64,000 nt of DNA from Terriglobia bacterium. Lineage in GTDB: Bacteria > Acidobacteriota > Terriglobia > 2-12-FULL-54-10. Below the pieces are notes generated by a model that worked only from the letters and a program-made list of their open reading frames with translations, had not been told where the DNA came from and ran no database searches. Location of the stretch: positions 473,038 through 537,037 of the forward strand of contig OZ240237.1 of NCBI GenBank assembly GCA_965198025.1. Direction: 5' to 3'. Positions 39,015 to 48,302 of the stretch are shown here, one piece after another. The position numbers and the translations under genes are program-made. Every line of letters begins with the position of its first letter. Position 1 is the first letter of the stretch.

Positions 39015-40339
39015 ATGCGCTATCTTCCCAAATCTCCTGAAGAGCGTCGCCGGATGCTCCAAGTGATCGGCTGCGATTCCGTCGAGCAGCTCTTTGACTC
39101 CATCCCGGCGGAAGTGCGCCGGCAGCAGCCTCTCGCGCTTGACGCCGGACAGTCCGAGCCCGAGATCCTTGCCTACTTCCGTGCCCGCGCAGCGGAGACC
39201 GCCCGCGACGCCGCCTGTTTTCTGGGTGCTGGCGCCTACGACCACTTCCGGCCTTCCGTCCTGGACGCCATGATCTCGCGCAGCGAGTTTTACACGGCCT
39301 ACACGCCCTACCAGCCTGAGATCAGCCAAGGCACGCTCCAGGCCATCTTCGAGTTTCAGACCCTGATGTGCCAGTTGACGGGCATGGACGTCGCCAACGC
39401 TTCCTTGTACGACGGCTCCACGGCCTTGCCCGAGTCCGTCCTCATGGCCATCCGCGCCGACCGCCGCAAGCGTATCGTAACCGCCCGCTCGGTCCATCCC
39501 GAGTACCGCCAGGTGCTGCGCACCTATCTCCAGCACCAGCACATCACGCTCGACGAGGTCCCGTTTGCCGGGAGCGGCCAGGTGGAGGACAAAGCGCTGG
39601 CTGATCGCCTGGGCGACGATGTTTCCGCAGTCGTCGTGCAGTCCCCCAACTTCTTCGGGATTGTGGAGGACGTCTCCAAGCTCGCCTCTCAGGTTCACGC
39701 CGCCGGAGCGCTCCTGATCGTGATGATTGCCGAGCCGCTCTCGCTCGGCATTCTGCGTCCTCCCGCCGAAGCCGATATCGTCGCCGGCGAGGCGCAGTCT
39801 TTTGGCGTCCCGGTGAGCTTTGGCGGTCCCTATGTCGGCTTTGTGGCCGCGCGCGGGAAATATGTCCGCAGCATGCCCGGACGCCTCGTCGGGCAGACCA
39901 CGGACGCCGACGGCAACCGGGGCTTTTGTCTGACGCTCGCCACCCGCGAGCAGCACATTCGCCGCGAGAAGGCCACGTCCAACATATGTACCAATCAGGC
40001 CCTGTGCGCCCTGATGGTCACCGTGTTTCTCTCGGTCTACGGCAAGCAGGGCTTGCGCGAGATGGCGCTCCAGAATCTTTCGAAAGCCCGCTACGCGGCC
40101 GGGCGCTTTCAGCGCGCCAGGGCCGGGCTGCGTTTCAGGGCCCGTATTTCAACGAATTGGTCGTCGCCGGTCTCGGTGGCCGCCCCAACTTGCAGCAGCG
40201 TCTTTCGGAACGGAACATCATCGGCGGCCTCGATCTGGGGCCATACTATCCGGAGCTGGCCGGGGACGTGCTCCTCTGTTTTACCGAAACCGCCGGCCGC
40301 CAGAAGATGGACCAGTTGGTCCAAGTGATGACGGAGTAA
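39015..40339 (+). CDS. gcvPA: glycine dehydrogenase (decarboxylating) subunit 1, with apparent 1-nt frameshift near 40105-40140
   Basis: ORF 39015..40328 carries GcvPA up to ...NLSKARYAAGRFQ and then reads nonsense. The authentic C-terminus (...AFQGPYFNELVVAGLGGRPN...LDLGPYYPELAGDVLLCFTE...) is in frame +2 (ORF 39926..40339). Confidence 0.8.
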
Positions 40340-40368
40340 TCGCAACTTGCAGTGGATGATCCAGTACG

Positions 40369-41865
40369 ATGGCAGATACTGACTTCAAGAAAGCCACCCG
40401 CCACGTCAGCCAGAACGAGCGGCTGATCTTTGAGCTCAGTTCGCCGGGCAAGGCAGCCTACCAGCTTCCGCCGCTCGACGTGCCCGCGCAGGACCCTGTC
40501 CAGGCTCTCGGCCGCGAATACGTCCGGGAAGAGCTTGCTGGATTCCCCGAGGTAAGCGAGATTGAGGTTGTCCGTCACTTCACGCGCCTTTCCACCTGGA
40601 ACTACGGCGTGGACACCGGGGCCTATCTGCTCGGCTCCTGCACCATGAAGTACAACCCGAAGATCAACGAAGTCGTGGCGCGCCTCGACGGCCTGAGCAG
40701 CGCGCATCCCTGCCAGCCCGAGTCGCTCGCCCAGGGTTGTCTGCGGATTCTTCACGATCTCTCAAAGGCGCTGATCGAAATCACTGGCATGGATGCCGTG
40801 ACGCTGCAGCCGGCCGCCGGAGCGCACGGTGAGATGACCGGCCTGCTGCTGGTCCGGGCCTACCATCACGCTCGGGGCCATCCCCGGAAAAAGATCCTGA
40901 TCCCGGACTCGGCGCACGGCACCAACCCCGCCTCCGCCACCCTGGTCGGCTATGACTCCGTGAGTGTCCCGTCGAACTCCCAGGGCATGGTGGACCTCGC
41001 CAGACTCGATAGCCTCATGGACGAGGAAGTCGGCGCGCTCATGCTCACCAACCCGAATACCCTCGGGGTCTTCGAGCGCGAGATCATCGAAATCACGCGC
41101 ATCGTTCACTCGCGCGGCGGCCTCATCTACATGGACGGCGCTAATATGAACGCCCTCGTCGGCGTCAGCCGCCCGGGCGACTTCGGCGTCGACGTTTTGC
41201 ACCTGAACCTGCACAAGACCTTTTCGACCCCCCACGGCGGCGGCGGCCCGGGCGCCGGTCCGGTCGCGGTCAAGAAGACTCTGGAGCCGTTCCTCCCCGT
41301 TCCCCTGATTCGAGAGTCCGCCAATGGCTCGCTCGCGTTTGATTACGACCGCCCGCACTCCATTGGCCGCGTCCGGGCGTTTTGCGGCAATTTCGGCGTC
41401 CTCGTTCGCGCTCTCGCTTACATCCTGGCCAACGGGGCCGAAGGCCTGCGCCAAACCACCGAGGACGCTGTCCTGAACTCCGTCTACCTGCGCAAGCTTC
41501 TGGAGGGCGCCTATGCGCTTCCCTACAGCTCCCCGACGCTTCATGAATGCGTCTTCAGCGACAAGCGCCAGGCCAGGCACGGCGTCCGCACCGGCGACAT
41601 CGCCAAGCGCTTGATCGATTACGGCTTCCATCCTTACACGGTCAGCTTTCCGTTGATTGTTTCCGGGGCGCTCATGATCGAGCCCACCGAGAGCGAGAGT
41701 AAGCAGGAGCTCGACCTGCTCGCCGACGCCTTGCTGGCGATTGCCCGTGAAGCGGAGGAGAAGCCGGATACCATTCTGCGGGCTCCTCATTCTACCCGCC
41801 TCCGCCGGCTGGATGAGGTCCAGGCTGCCCGCCGCCCCATCCTGCGTTGGAAACCCCTTGCCTGA
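40369..41865 (+). CDS. gcvPB: glycine dehydrogenase (decarboxylating) subunit 2
   Basis: 498 aa. PLP-lysine region NLHKTFSTPHGGGGPGAGP typical of GcvPB. Confidence 0.9.
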   Translation: MADTDFKKATRHVSQNERLIFELSSPGKAAYQLPPLDVPAQDPVQALGREYVREELAGFPEVSEIEVVRHFTRLSTWNYGVDTGAYLLGSCTMKYNPKINEVVARLDGLSSAHPCQPESLAQGCLRILHDLSKALIEITGMDAVTLQPAAGAHGEMTGLLLVRAYHHARGHPRKKILIPDSAHGTNPASATLVGYDSVSVPSNSQGMVDLARLDSLMDEEVGALMLTNPNTLGVFEREIIEITRIVHSRGGLIYMDGANMNALVGVSRPGDFGVDVLHLNLHKTFSTPHGGGGPGAGPVAVKKTLEPFLPVPLIRESANGSLAFDYDRPHSIGRVRAFCGNFGVLVRALAYILANGAEGLRQTTEDAVLNSVYLRKLLEGAYALPYSSPTLHECVFSDKRQARHGVRTGDIAKRLIDYGFHPYTVSFPLIVSGALMIEPTESESKQELDLLADALLAIAREAEEKPDTILRAPHSTRLRRLDEVQAARRPILRWKPLA

Positions 41866-41918
41866 CCCTGCGGCCCGTGCGGGTAGTGTCCTAGTTTGAC
41901 CGCCGGTGCTATGCTGCA

Positions 41919-42567
41919 GTGAGGAAGAGGAGGCAAATGGAGGCAGAACTGGTTCAACCTGCATGCTCGAATCTGATGAGTGCAAGAGCTTATCATGGGG
42001 ACTGGAACGCAGCCACAGGGATTGTCCTTCTTGTAACGCTTGCTCTGCTGCCTTGGTTGGCTCAAGCCCAGCGGATTGGTCCGTTGGGTCCGCCGGCCCG
42101 AGAGCAATCGAGGGCGCAGTCGGCGGATCGCGCGGCGGCGACTGCCCAGCCTGCAACTGAGCCTTCCGCCGCCCGCAGTGGCCGCTCTACCGCCGTTGGG
42201 ACCCGACGACTTGCAGCTTTTGCAACCGCAGGAGGGCCAGCCGCCCATCATCGGCATCCACCGTCCGTTGCCACCGGGGTCGGTCTCGCTGAGCTTCTCT
42301 GGAGGGACCGCCAGGACGACCGCCGAGGGAGCGTGGCAGGCGATCCCGACCGGGCGTCTCTGGCGCTTGAGGATCACCTCCCCCAGCGCTCGCGCGATGC
42401 GAGTTCACTTCCGGGACTTCGCCATCGGAGCAGGCAGACTGTGGCTCTAATCGGCGGATGGGCAGGCCCTCCCACCCTATACCGGCTCGGGCTTGTAAGG
42501 CGACGGAAACTTCTGGAGCGACATCGTTTTTGGTGACAGCCTGACGATCGAATATCTGCCCGAACCG
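41919..42567 (+). pseudogene. disrupted 5' region of the downstream protease gene: signal peptide (frame 0) -> +1 frameshift -> propeptide-like segment ending in two in-frame TAA codons (42448, 42496) -> continuous with ORF 42568..46353
   Basis: Frame of 41919 encodes a signal peptide (GIVLLVTLALLPWLAQAQ). Frame of 42040 encodes a protein-like sequence (LQLLQPQEGQPPIIGIHRPLPPGSVSLSFSGG...WRLRITSPSARAMRVHFRDFAIGAGRLWL) in the same frame as the 1261-aa ORF, separated from it only by TAA at 42448-50 and TAA at 42496-98. Between these stops the peptide reads SADGQALPPYTGSGL, then GDGNFWSDIVFGDSLTIEYLPEPV. Confidence 0.4.
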
Positions 42568-45500
42568 GTGACGACGGAAGAGGCCGTGCCGTTCCAAATC
42601 GTTGAGATCAGCCATATTTGGGGCGATGTTTTTGGAAGCGACGGGGAGGCCGGCGTCCAGCCGCCGGTAACCGCGCCGGGAGAAGCTCGGACAGGCCGGG
42701 AAGCGGTAAAACCGCTGACCGACTGGATCAACGTTGTGGTGGGAACGCAGTCGATGGAGCAATCCCCGACGGCCGACGATCCGAGCGACACGAAGACGGC
42801 GCGGCTTGCAAAGCAAATACAGTCGATCGAGAGGTCCGCCTCCCTGGACCATCCGTTCCCGAAAGCGGCAACGCCGATCTCGCCCGGACAGCCCACCACC
42901 TTTAGTCTGGGGCCGGTTGACAACCCGACACTCTTCTCTGGGGATTATTCATTCCGGCTGCTGGTTCCCGAGAACGCCACCAGCGTAACCGTTACGCTGG
43001 AATCCTCTGTCGACGTGGATTTGTATGTCCGCTATGGAGAAGACACTGAGCTTCAGGATGGGAGAGTCGTCTCGGACTATTCCTCCGAGGGACCCACGGG
43101 CAACGAGGAGATCGTTATCACCCCTCAATCCGACCGGCCGCTTCACGCTGGAACCTATTTTGTCTCGATAGTCCTCTTTGATACGGGCGTCACCGCCATG
43201 TGCACGCTCACGGTGACAGTGGAACGCGACGATGCTCCTCTTCCGCCGATCAGCGGCGGCCCGCTCACACCCGGACAGCCCGCCGCCTTCCGCCTGGGAC
43301 CGGTTGAGAGCCCGACGCTCTTCACTGTGGACCACTCATTCCGGATGGAGGTTCCCACGGGCGCCACCCGCGTAATCTTCACGATGGAATCCGTCGATCC
43401 CGATGTCGACGTGGCTCTGTTAGTCCGTTTTGGAGAGGACAACAGGATTCAGAACGGGAGGCCTGTATTTGACTACGGCTCCCAGAACCCCACGGGCAAC
43501 GAACGGGTCGGCATCACCCGACGATCTGATCCGCCGCTTCGCGCCGGAACCTACTTTGTCTCGGTACTCGTCTTTGATACGGGTGTCGTCGCCGAGGGCA
43601 CGCTCACGGCGGCAGTGGAGACGGACACCACGGACTGTCACCTTGACGTGACCTGCTACCTAGAATGGTCGAATTCCGCATCAGGAGTGGCGCGGATTTA
43701 CTATGAGACGAGCAAGGGCAGTTTTGCCTGCTCGGGCACGCTGCTCAACAACAGCCGGGAGGACTTCACCCCCTACTTCCTCACCGCTGCCCACTGCGTG
43801 GCTACCGAGGCGGAAGCGCGGAGCGTGGTAGCGCACTGGTTTTATCAGACCCAAACCTGCAACGGCGAACTGCCCGATTTTCTGACCGTGCCGAGAACCA
43901 TGGGCGCGAGTCTGCTTTCCACTTTGGGCGACGGCCCCATCGAAGGAAGAGAGAACCCCGACGGCGATATGACACTGTTGCGGCTCGAAGGCGATCTACC
44001 GAATGGCGTCTGGTTCCAGGGATGGAACGCGAACCCCCAACCTTTCGGCGCGCAGGTCACCGGCATTCATCACCCCGGTAGCGATGATTGGGACTTCTTC
44101 AAACGGATTTCCTTCGGTCAGATCATTCCCGACCCAGCATCTAGAATTCCCGCCGATGCCTACGCCTTCGTCTCCAATACGCAAGGCTACACGGAGGGGG
44201 GATCTTCCGGGTCCGCCCTCTTTAGCAGTCCTGGAACCGTAGTCGGAGCGCTTGGTTTTGGGCGGGGCAATGATGCAGAAGCAGAAAATGCCTGCCGGAC
44301 CGGCAGCGCTCGTCATGACGGCTACACGCACTTTTCTGTTTTCTATCCCCATATCCGGCCATTCATCGACAGCACCTTGCCGGAGATAACCGGCGGCCCG
44401 CTCCCGCCCAGGCAACCCGCTGCCTTCCGTCTGGGACCGGTTGACACCCCGATGCTGTTCTCCGGGGATTCTTCATTCCAGGTGGAGGTTCCCGAGAACA
44501 CCTCCCGTGCAACTTTCACGCTGGAATCCGTCGATCCTGATGTCAACGTGGATTTGTATGTCCGCTATGGGGAGGACAACGCCATTCAGGGTGGGAGAGT
44601 CGTCTCGGACTATTCCTCCACAGGACCCACGGGCAACGAGCAGATCGTCGTCACCCCCCAATCCGACCCGCCGCTTCGAGCCGGAACCTACTTCGTTTCG
44701 CTGATGCTCCGCACTACGGGCGCCGTCGCTGAGGTCACGCTCACGGCTGAGTTCGACGCCCCCGCTCCTACGCCGCCGGGAGGTCAGATCTATTACTTTC
44801 CCCATCTTGCCGTGGGGGCAGGTTGGCAAACCACGATCACCTATATCAACTACTCTACGCAGCAGGTGACCTGCCGGACCGATTTCCTTGCCGATGACGG
44901 AAGTCCGCTGCTGGTCTCGTTTCCGGGACGGGGAATGGTGGACAACCGGACCGACGATCTGCAACCAGGGGAGTCCATTCATGAGGAGACCAACGTGGCG
45001 TTGAGCGCTCCGCTGGTGCCCGGCTGGGCGCGGGCCACCTGCTCCGGGCCGGTGAAGGCCAGCCTCTTATATCGCCGGTTTGAGGGAGGGGTGCCCACCG
45101 GAGAAGCCGGAGTCAATGCAACGGCCGTTGCGGCCACCCGCTTTGTCACCTTTGCCGAACAGGGAGAAGGTAATTCTGGAACCGGAGTGGCCTATGCCAA
45201 CCCCTCCGCCACAGAAGCCCGCATCACGTTTACGGTCCGGGACACGGCGGGGCAGATGCTGGCCAGCGTCGTTCGGACCCTGTTGCCCGGAGGACATGGC
45301 GCGCAAAATATGGAGGGCTTGTTTGATCTCAGTAGCTTTGCCGGATCGCTCAAAATCACCTCCACGGAGCCCATCGTCAGCCTGTCGCTGAATTTTGAAG
45401 CCGCTCCCGTATTTTCCTCCTTGCCTCCGGGGGAAACTCCGGCGATGGTGATTCCCGCGACAGGTGCTCCGGATTTGGTGGTCCAGACTCCTTCGGTAAG

Positions 45501-46353
45501 CAACAGCAGCCCGAATGCGGGAGAGACCTTCACGTTGAGGGTTACTGCCCGCAACCAAGGCAATGGCCCGTCCGCCTCTACGACGTTACGCTGCCATTAT
45601 CGCTCAAACGACACGACGATTTCGACCAGCGATACGCAAGTCGGGACGGACGCAGTGAGCGCCCTTTCCGCTTCTGGCGCCAGTGATGAGTCGATTAGCT
45701 TGACGTCGCCATCCACCCCTGGAACCTACTATTACGGTGCTTGTGTCGACCCGGTGGCTGGGGAATCCGATACTGCGAACAACTGTTCCCTTGCAGTGAC
45801 AGTAACGGTCGCTTCCAGCACCGGCAAGCCTTTTAATCAACTGCAGACTGAGCGCCTTATTGGAACATGGGTGTTCTCCTACACGATCGGCACAGCTCGG
45901 AGTTTACAGCAAACCTACAGACTGAACGATGTTCGGGAAAGTTCAACAACGCCAGGCGAGTGGAACATTTTTGGAACCGATCAGTATGACAATTTAGTCA
46001 TAGTGGGATACTCACCGAGTCTTGGAATGTTTTCGTTGTTCGACCCAGGCATAATCATTGACCAGTTTTTCACCTTTGACTTCGTTGGCTCGAGCACAGT
46101 CTCCGTCTCTGGCTGCTACTACCTGGTCGATAAGGATGATGATTCCCTTTCGCGCTGCTACGACATGACAGGGGTGAGGACGAGTTCCAGTACCCTGAGT
46201 TCACTGACACGGGCTGTGCCCAACACTACGGCGGCTCATGCAGAATTAGGCGAAATTGAAGAGGCGAAAAAATTGGGAATTGAAATGCAGATAGAGGTTG
46301 ATCCGAAGATTATCAGGGTCCTTGAGGATTTTCGTGAGGTCTTGCATCAATAG
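42568..46353 (+). CDS. lysyl-endopeptidase-like S1-family serine protease flanked by three PPC (pre-peptidase C-terminal) domains and a C-terminal CARDB-like domain
   Basis: The catalytic domain matches Achromobacter protease I / Lys-C. Shared motifs: GTLLNN....YFLTAAHC...WFYQ..TC (His), DMTLLRL (Asp), FQGWNA, GIHHP, EGGSSGSALF (Ser). PPC modules at approx. 42880-43220, 43250-43620 and 44380-44750 (DVDLYVRYGED...GTYFVS). CARDB-like segment DLVVQTP...GETFTLRVTARNQG...TYYYGACVD...ANNCS. The first and third PPC modules are about 88% identical at the DNA level over about 160 nt. Confidence 0.7.
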   Translation: MTTEEAVPFQIVEISHIWGDVFGSDGEAGVQPPVTAPGEARTGREAVKPLTDWINVVVGTQSMEQSPTADDPSDTKTARLAKQIQSIERSASLDHPFPKAATPISPGQPTTFSLGPVDNPTLFSGDYSFRLLVPENATSVTVTLESSVDVDLYVRYGEDTELQDGRVVSDYSSEGPTGNEEIVITPQSDRPLHAGTYFVSIVLFDTGVTAMCTLTVTVERDDAPLPPISGGPLTPGQPAAFRLGPVESPTLFTVDHSFRMEVPTGATRVIFTMESVDPDVDVALLVRFGEDNRIQNGRPVFDYGSQNPTGNERVGITRRSDPPLRAGTYFVSVLVFDTGVVAEGTLTAAVETDTTDCHLDVTCYLEWSNSASGVARIYYETSKGSFACSGTLLNNSREDFTPYFLTAAHCVATEAEARSVVAHWFYQTQTCNGELPDFLTVPRTMGASLLSTLGDGPIEGRENPDGDMTLLRLEGDLPNGVWFQGWNANPQPFGAQVTGIHHPGSDDWDFFKRISFGQIIPDPASRIPADAYAFVSNTQGYTEGGSSGSALFSSPGTVVGALGFGRGNDAEAENACRTGSARHDGYTHFSVFYPHIRPFIDSTLPEITGGPLPPRQPAAFRLGPVDTPMLFSGDSSFQVEVPENTSRATFTLESVDPDVNVDLYVRYGEDNAIQGGRVVSDYSSTGPTGNEQIVVTPQSDPPLRAGTYFVSLMLRTTGAVAEVTLTAEFDAPAPTPPGGQIYYFPHLAVGAGWQTTITYINYSTQQVTCRTDFLADDGSPLLVSFPGRGMVDNRTDDLQPGESIHEETNVALSAPLVPGWARATCSGPVKASLLYRRFEGGVPTGEAGVNATAVAATRFVTFAEQGEGNSGTGVAYANPSATEARITFTVRDTAGQMLASVVRTLLPGGHGAQNMEGLFDLSSFAGSLKITSTEPIVSLSLNFEAAPVFSSLPPGETPAMVIPATGAPDLVVQTPSVSNSSPNAGETFTLRVTARNQGNGPSASTTLRCHYRSNDTTISTSDTQVGTDAVSALSASGASDESISLTSPSTPGTYYYGACVDPVAGESDTANNCSLAVTVTVASSTGKPFNQLQTERLIGTWVFSYTIGTARSLQQTYRLNDVRESSTTPGEWNIFGTDQYDNLVIVGYSPSLGMFSLFDPGIIIDQFFTFDFVGSSTVSVSGCYYLVDKDDDSLSRCYDMTGVRTSSSTLSSLTRAVPNTTAAHAELGEIEEAKKLGIEMQIEVDPKIIRVLEDFREVLHQ

Positions 46354-46642
46354 TGCTCGCCCTGCCGGGGCACTTCCAAACCGTGCCTCGTAGCGCGGAT
46401 CGAGGTCCCGTTAATCGCCGGACTAGTTTCGTCCTGCGAATCTGCTTCCTGGACTTTCTCCGCTGTGTTATGCTGAGTTCTGTATTTGAGGATGTCGGTT
46501 TGTCCGAGAACAGGCGGCTCCATCGTTCGCTTCCTGCCAATTGACTCCATCAAATTCGCACGAACTATTCTAAACGGAAGGAAAAACGGCCCGATGGCCG
46601 ATATGGTCCCGATACGGGGAGCGGGATTTGAGGAGAGAGAGT

Positions 46643-46990
46643 ATGAAGAATCTGTTTGTGGGAAACATGAGTTTCCAGACTACGGAAAGCGAACTCCACG
46701 CGCTGTTTGAGGCCTACGGCGAAGTTACGCGCGTGCAGGTTATCACGGATCGCGACACCGGCCGCGCCCGCGGCTTTGGGTTCGTCGAGATGGCGAATGA
46801 TGAGGATGCGGCCAAGGCCATCGAAGCCCTCAACGGGAAAGAGTTCGGCGGACGTGCACTGAATGTGAATGAGGCGCGTCCGAAGCCGGATCGTGGCAGC
46901 GGCGGCAGCGGCGGCAGCGGCGGCAGAGGCAGGTTCTCCCGCGACGATTATCGCGGCTCCCCGCGCCAGCCCCGTGAACCTCGCTGGTAG
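46643..46990 (+). CDS. RRM-domain RNA-binding protein with Gly/Ser/Arg-rich tail
   Basis: RNP2 LFVGNM and RNP1 RGFGFVEM motifs. AGGAGAGAGAG SD. GGS repeats encoded by a 9-nt repeat x3. Confidence 0.8.
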   Translation: MKNLFVGNMSFQTTESELHALFEAYGEVTRVQVITDRDTGRARGFGFVEMANDEDAAKAIEALNGKEFGGRALNVNEARPKPDRGSGGSGGSGGRGRFSRDDYRGSPRQPREPRW

Positions 46991-47052
46991 CCTCCCGGCC
47001 CGCCGGGGCCGAATGCCAACGGCTTCTCCCGCAGTTTGATTCCAGGAGGTAA

Positions 47053-47268
47053 ATGATGGCAACACGAGGGAGAGCCTCGTTTCAGAAAAGACAGAAGGAA
47101 ATCGCCCGCAAAGAGAAAATGCAAAGAAAGGCGGCGCGGCGCGCCCAACGTAAGCTGGACGGCTCCGACTCGTTCCCAATCGCGGGTCCGGAAGAGGTTT
47201 CTGAGTTGATTGATGGGGTAGAAGCTTCTCTCGAACCGGCGGAGCAGGACAAAGAGCTGCCAGAGTAA
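47053..47268 (+). CDS. small hypothetical protein (71 aa; basic N-terminus, acidic C-terminus)
   Basis: ORF with a strong SD (CCAGGAGGTAAATGATG) 60 nt downstream of the RRM gene. Confidence 0.4.
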   Translation: MMATRGRASFQKRQKEIARKEKMQRKAARRAQRKLDGSDSFPIAGPEEVSELIDGVEASLEPAEQDKELPE

Positions 47269-47552
47269 GTCCCCTCCTGACTGCTTCCACCTTCGCTTCT
47301 GCCCCTCCAACTCCGTTGAGCTCTGATACCCGATGCCAGACCCCGGGAATACCGGTCTTCGCTATCCACTCCCCGCTATTCACTAACCACTGCATTGTAG
47401 GTTTCCCGCGGCGCAATAGAGTTCCTTGTCGTCAGGCTCCAGTAGTCTGTCAGCAAGCCGTCGTCGAAGTCGAGGAGAAAACGGACAGCCGCTGCAGCAT
47501 CGATGAGTGATGAGCGAGTAGTCGTTAGGGGATAGGAGGCGTCTTTGGCATT

Positions 47553-48038
47553 CTAGTTGAACATGGCGCGCAGGCGCGCGAGCGCGCCTTTTGCCAGCGT
47601 GTAGCGAGGATTCTGTGCCAGGGCGTTACGGTAGCACTCCATCGCTTTGTTCCATAGGTACTTCCGTTCGTAGACCCTGCCCAGATTGTAGTGCGGGAAA
47701 CAGGGATTCTCGTAGCGCGGCGCGACGGTGGCCTTTTCTAGCCACGGGATGGCCTCTTCGAGCTGACCCTTCTCGATCAGGTAAGCCCCAATGTCGTTGT
47801 AGGGATTGCCAAAGCCGGGGTCAATGGCAATGGCGCGGTGGCACTCCTCGATGGCTTCGTCGTACCGGTTCTGGAAGCTATAAGTCCAGCCGAGAAACGT
47901 GTGCGCCTCCGCCGTCGGCAGAATCTCGATGGACTTCTTGTAGAGCGCGATGGCTTCCTTGAGCTCGCCATTGCGTTGGTGGGCAAAGGCGCGCTCGAAG
48001 TACTCTAGGGCGAGTTGCTCGTTGTTCTGCTCGGTCAT
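47553..48038 (-). CDS. TPR-repeat protein
   Basis: 161 aa with at least four TPR units (AEAHTFLGWTYSFQNRYDEAIEECHRAIAIDP..., NPCFPHYNLGRVYERKYLWNKAMECYRNALAQNP). Confidence 0.7.
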   Translation of the reverse strand: MTEQNNEQLALEYFERAFAHQRNGELKEAIALYKKSIEILPTAEAHTFLGWTYSFQNRYDEAIEECHRAIAIDPGFGNPYNDIGAYLIEKGQLEEAIPWLEKATVAPRYENPCFPHYNLGRVYERKYLWNKAMECYRNALAQNPRYTLAKGALARLRAMFN

Positions 48039-48187
48039 GGCCTCCTGTGGGCGACCATAGTTCCAGTACCATCAATTCTCTTTTTTTTCGCAAACATAGA
48101 AATTTTGCGACTCCGTACTTCGCCCAAGGCCACCTCCTGATCGTTATTATATGAAATAGCTGCGTAAAGACCGCAAGAAAACTCTGT

Positions 48188-48236
48188 CGAAAGAACTGAA
48201 AGAAACGAAGAGAACCGAAAGAACCGCAAAAAACTG
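48188..48236 (+). promoter_or_regulatory. array of 4-5 degenerate GAAAGAAC direct repeats at 9-10 bp spacing upstream of nadE
   Basis: cgaaagaac tgaaagaaac gaagagaac cgaaagaac cgcaaaaaac tgaaggg, read directly in an AT-rich intergenic region. Confidence 0.3.
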
Positions 48237-48302
48237 AAGGGGGTACTCGGTGCTAATCGGGGAGAAAATCGGCGATAATACAGGGCAGAGATTCGAGGGC
48301 GT

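Noticed and set aside
41919-42536. Treating ORF 41919..42536 (205 aa) and ORF 42040..42450 (136 aa) as independent genes
   Set aside because: They overlap in different frames. Only the first about 60 codons of the former (signal peptide) and the latter half of the second look protein-like, and the second is in frame with the 1261-aa protease ORF. This is better explained as one disrupted gene.
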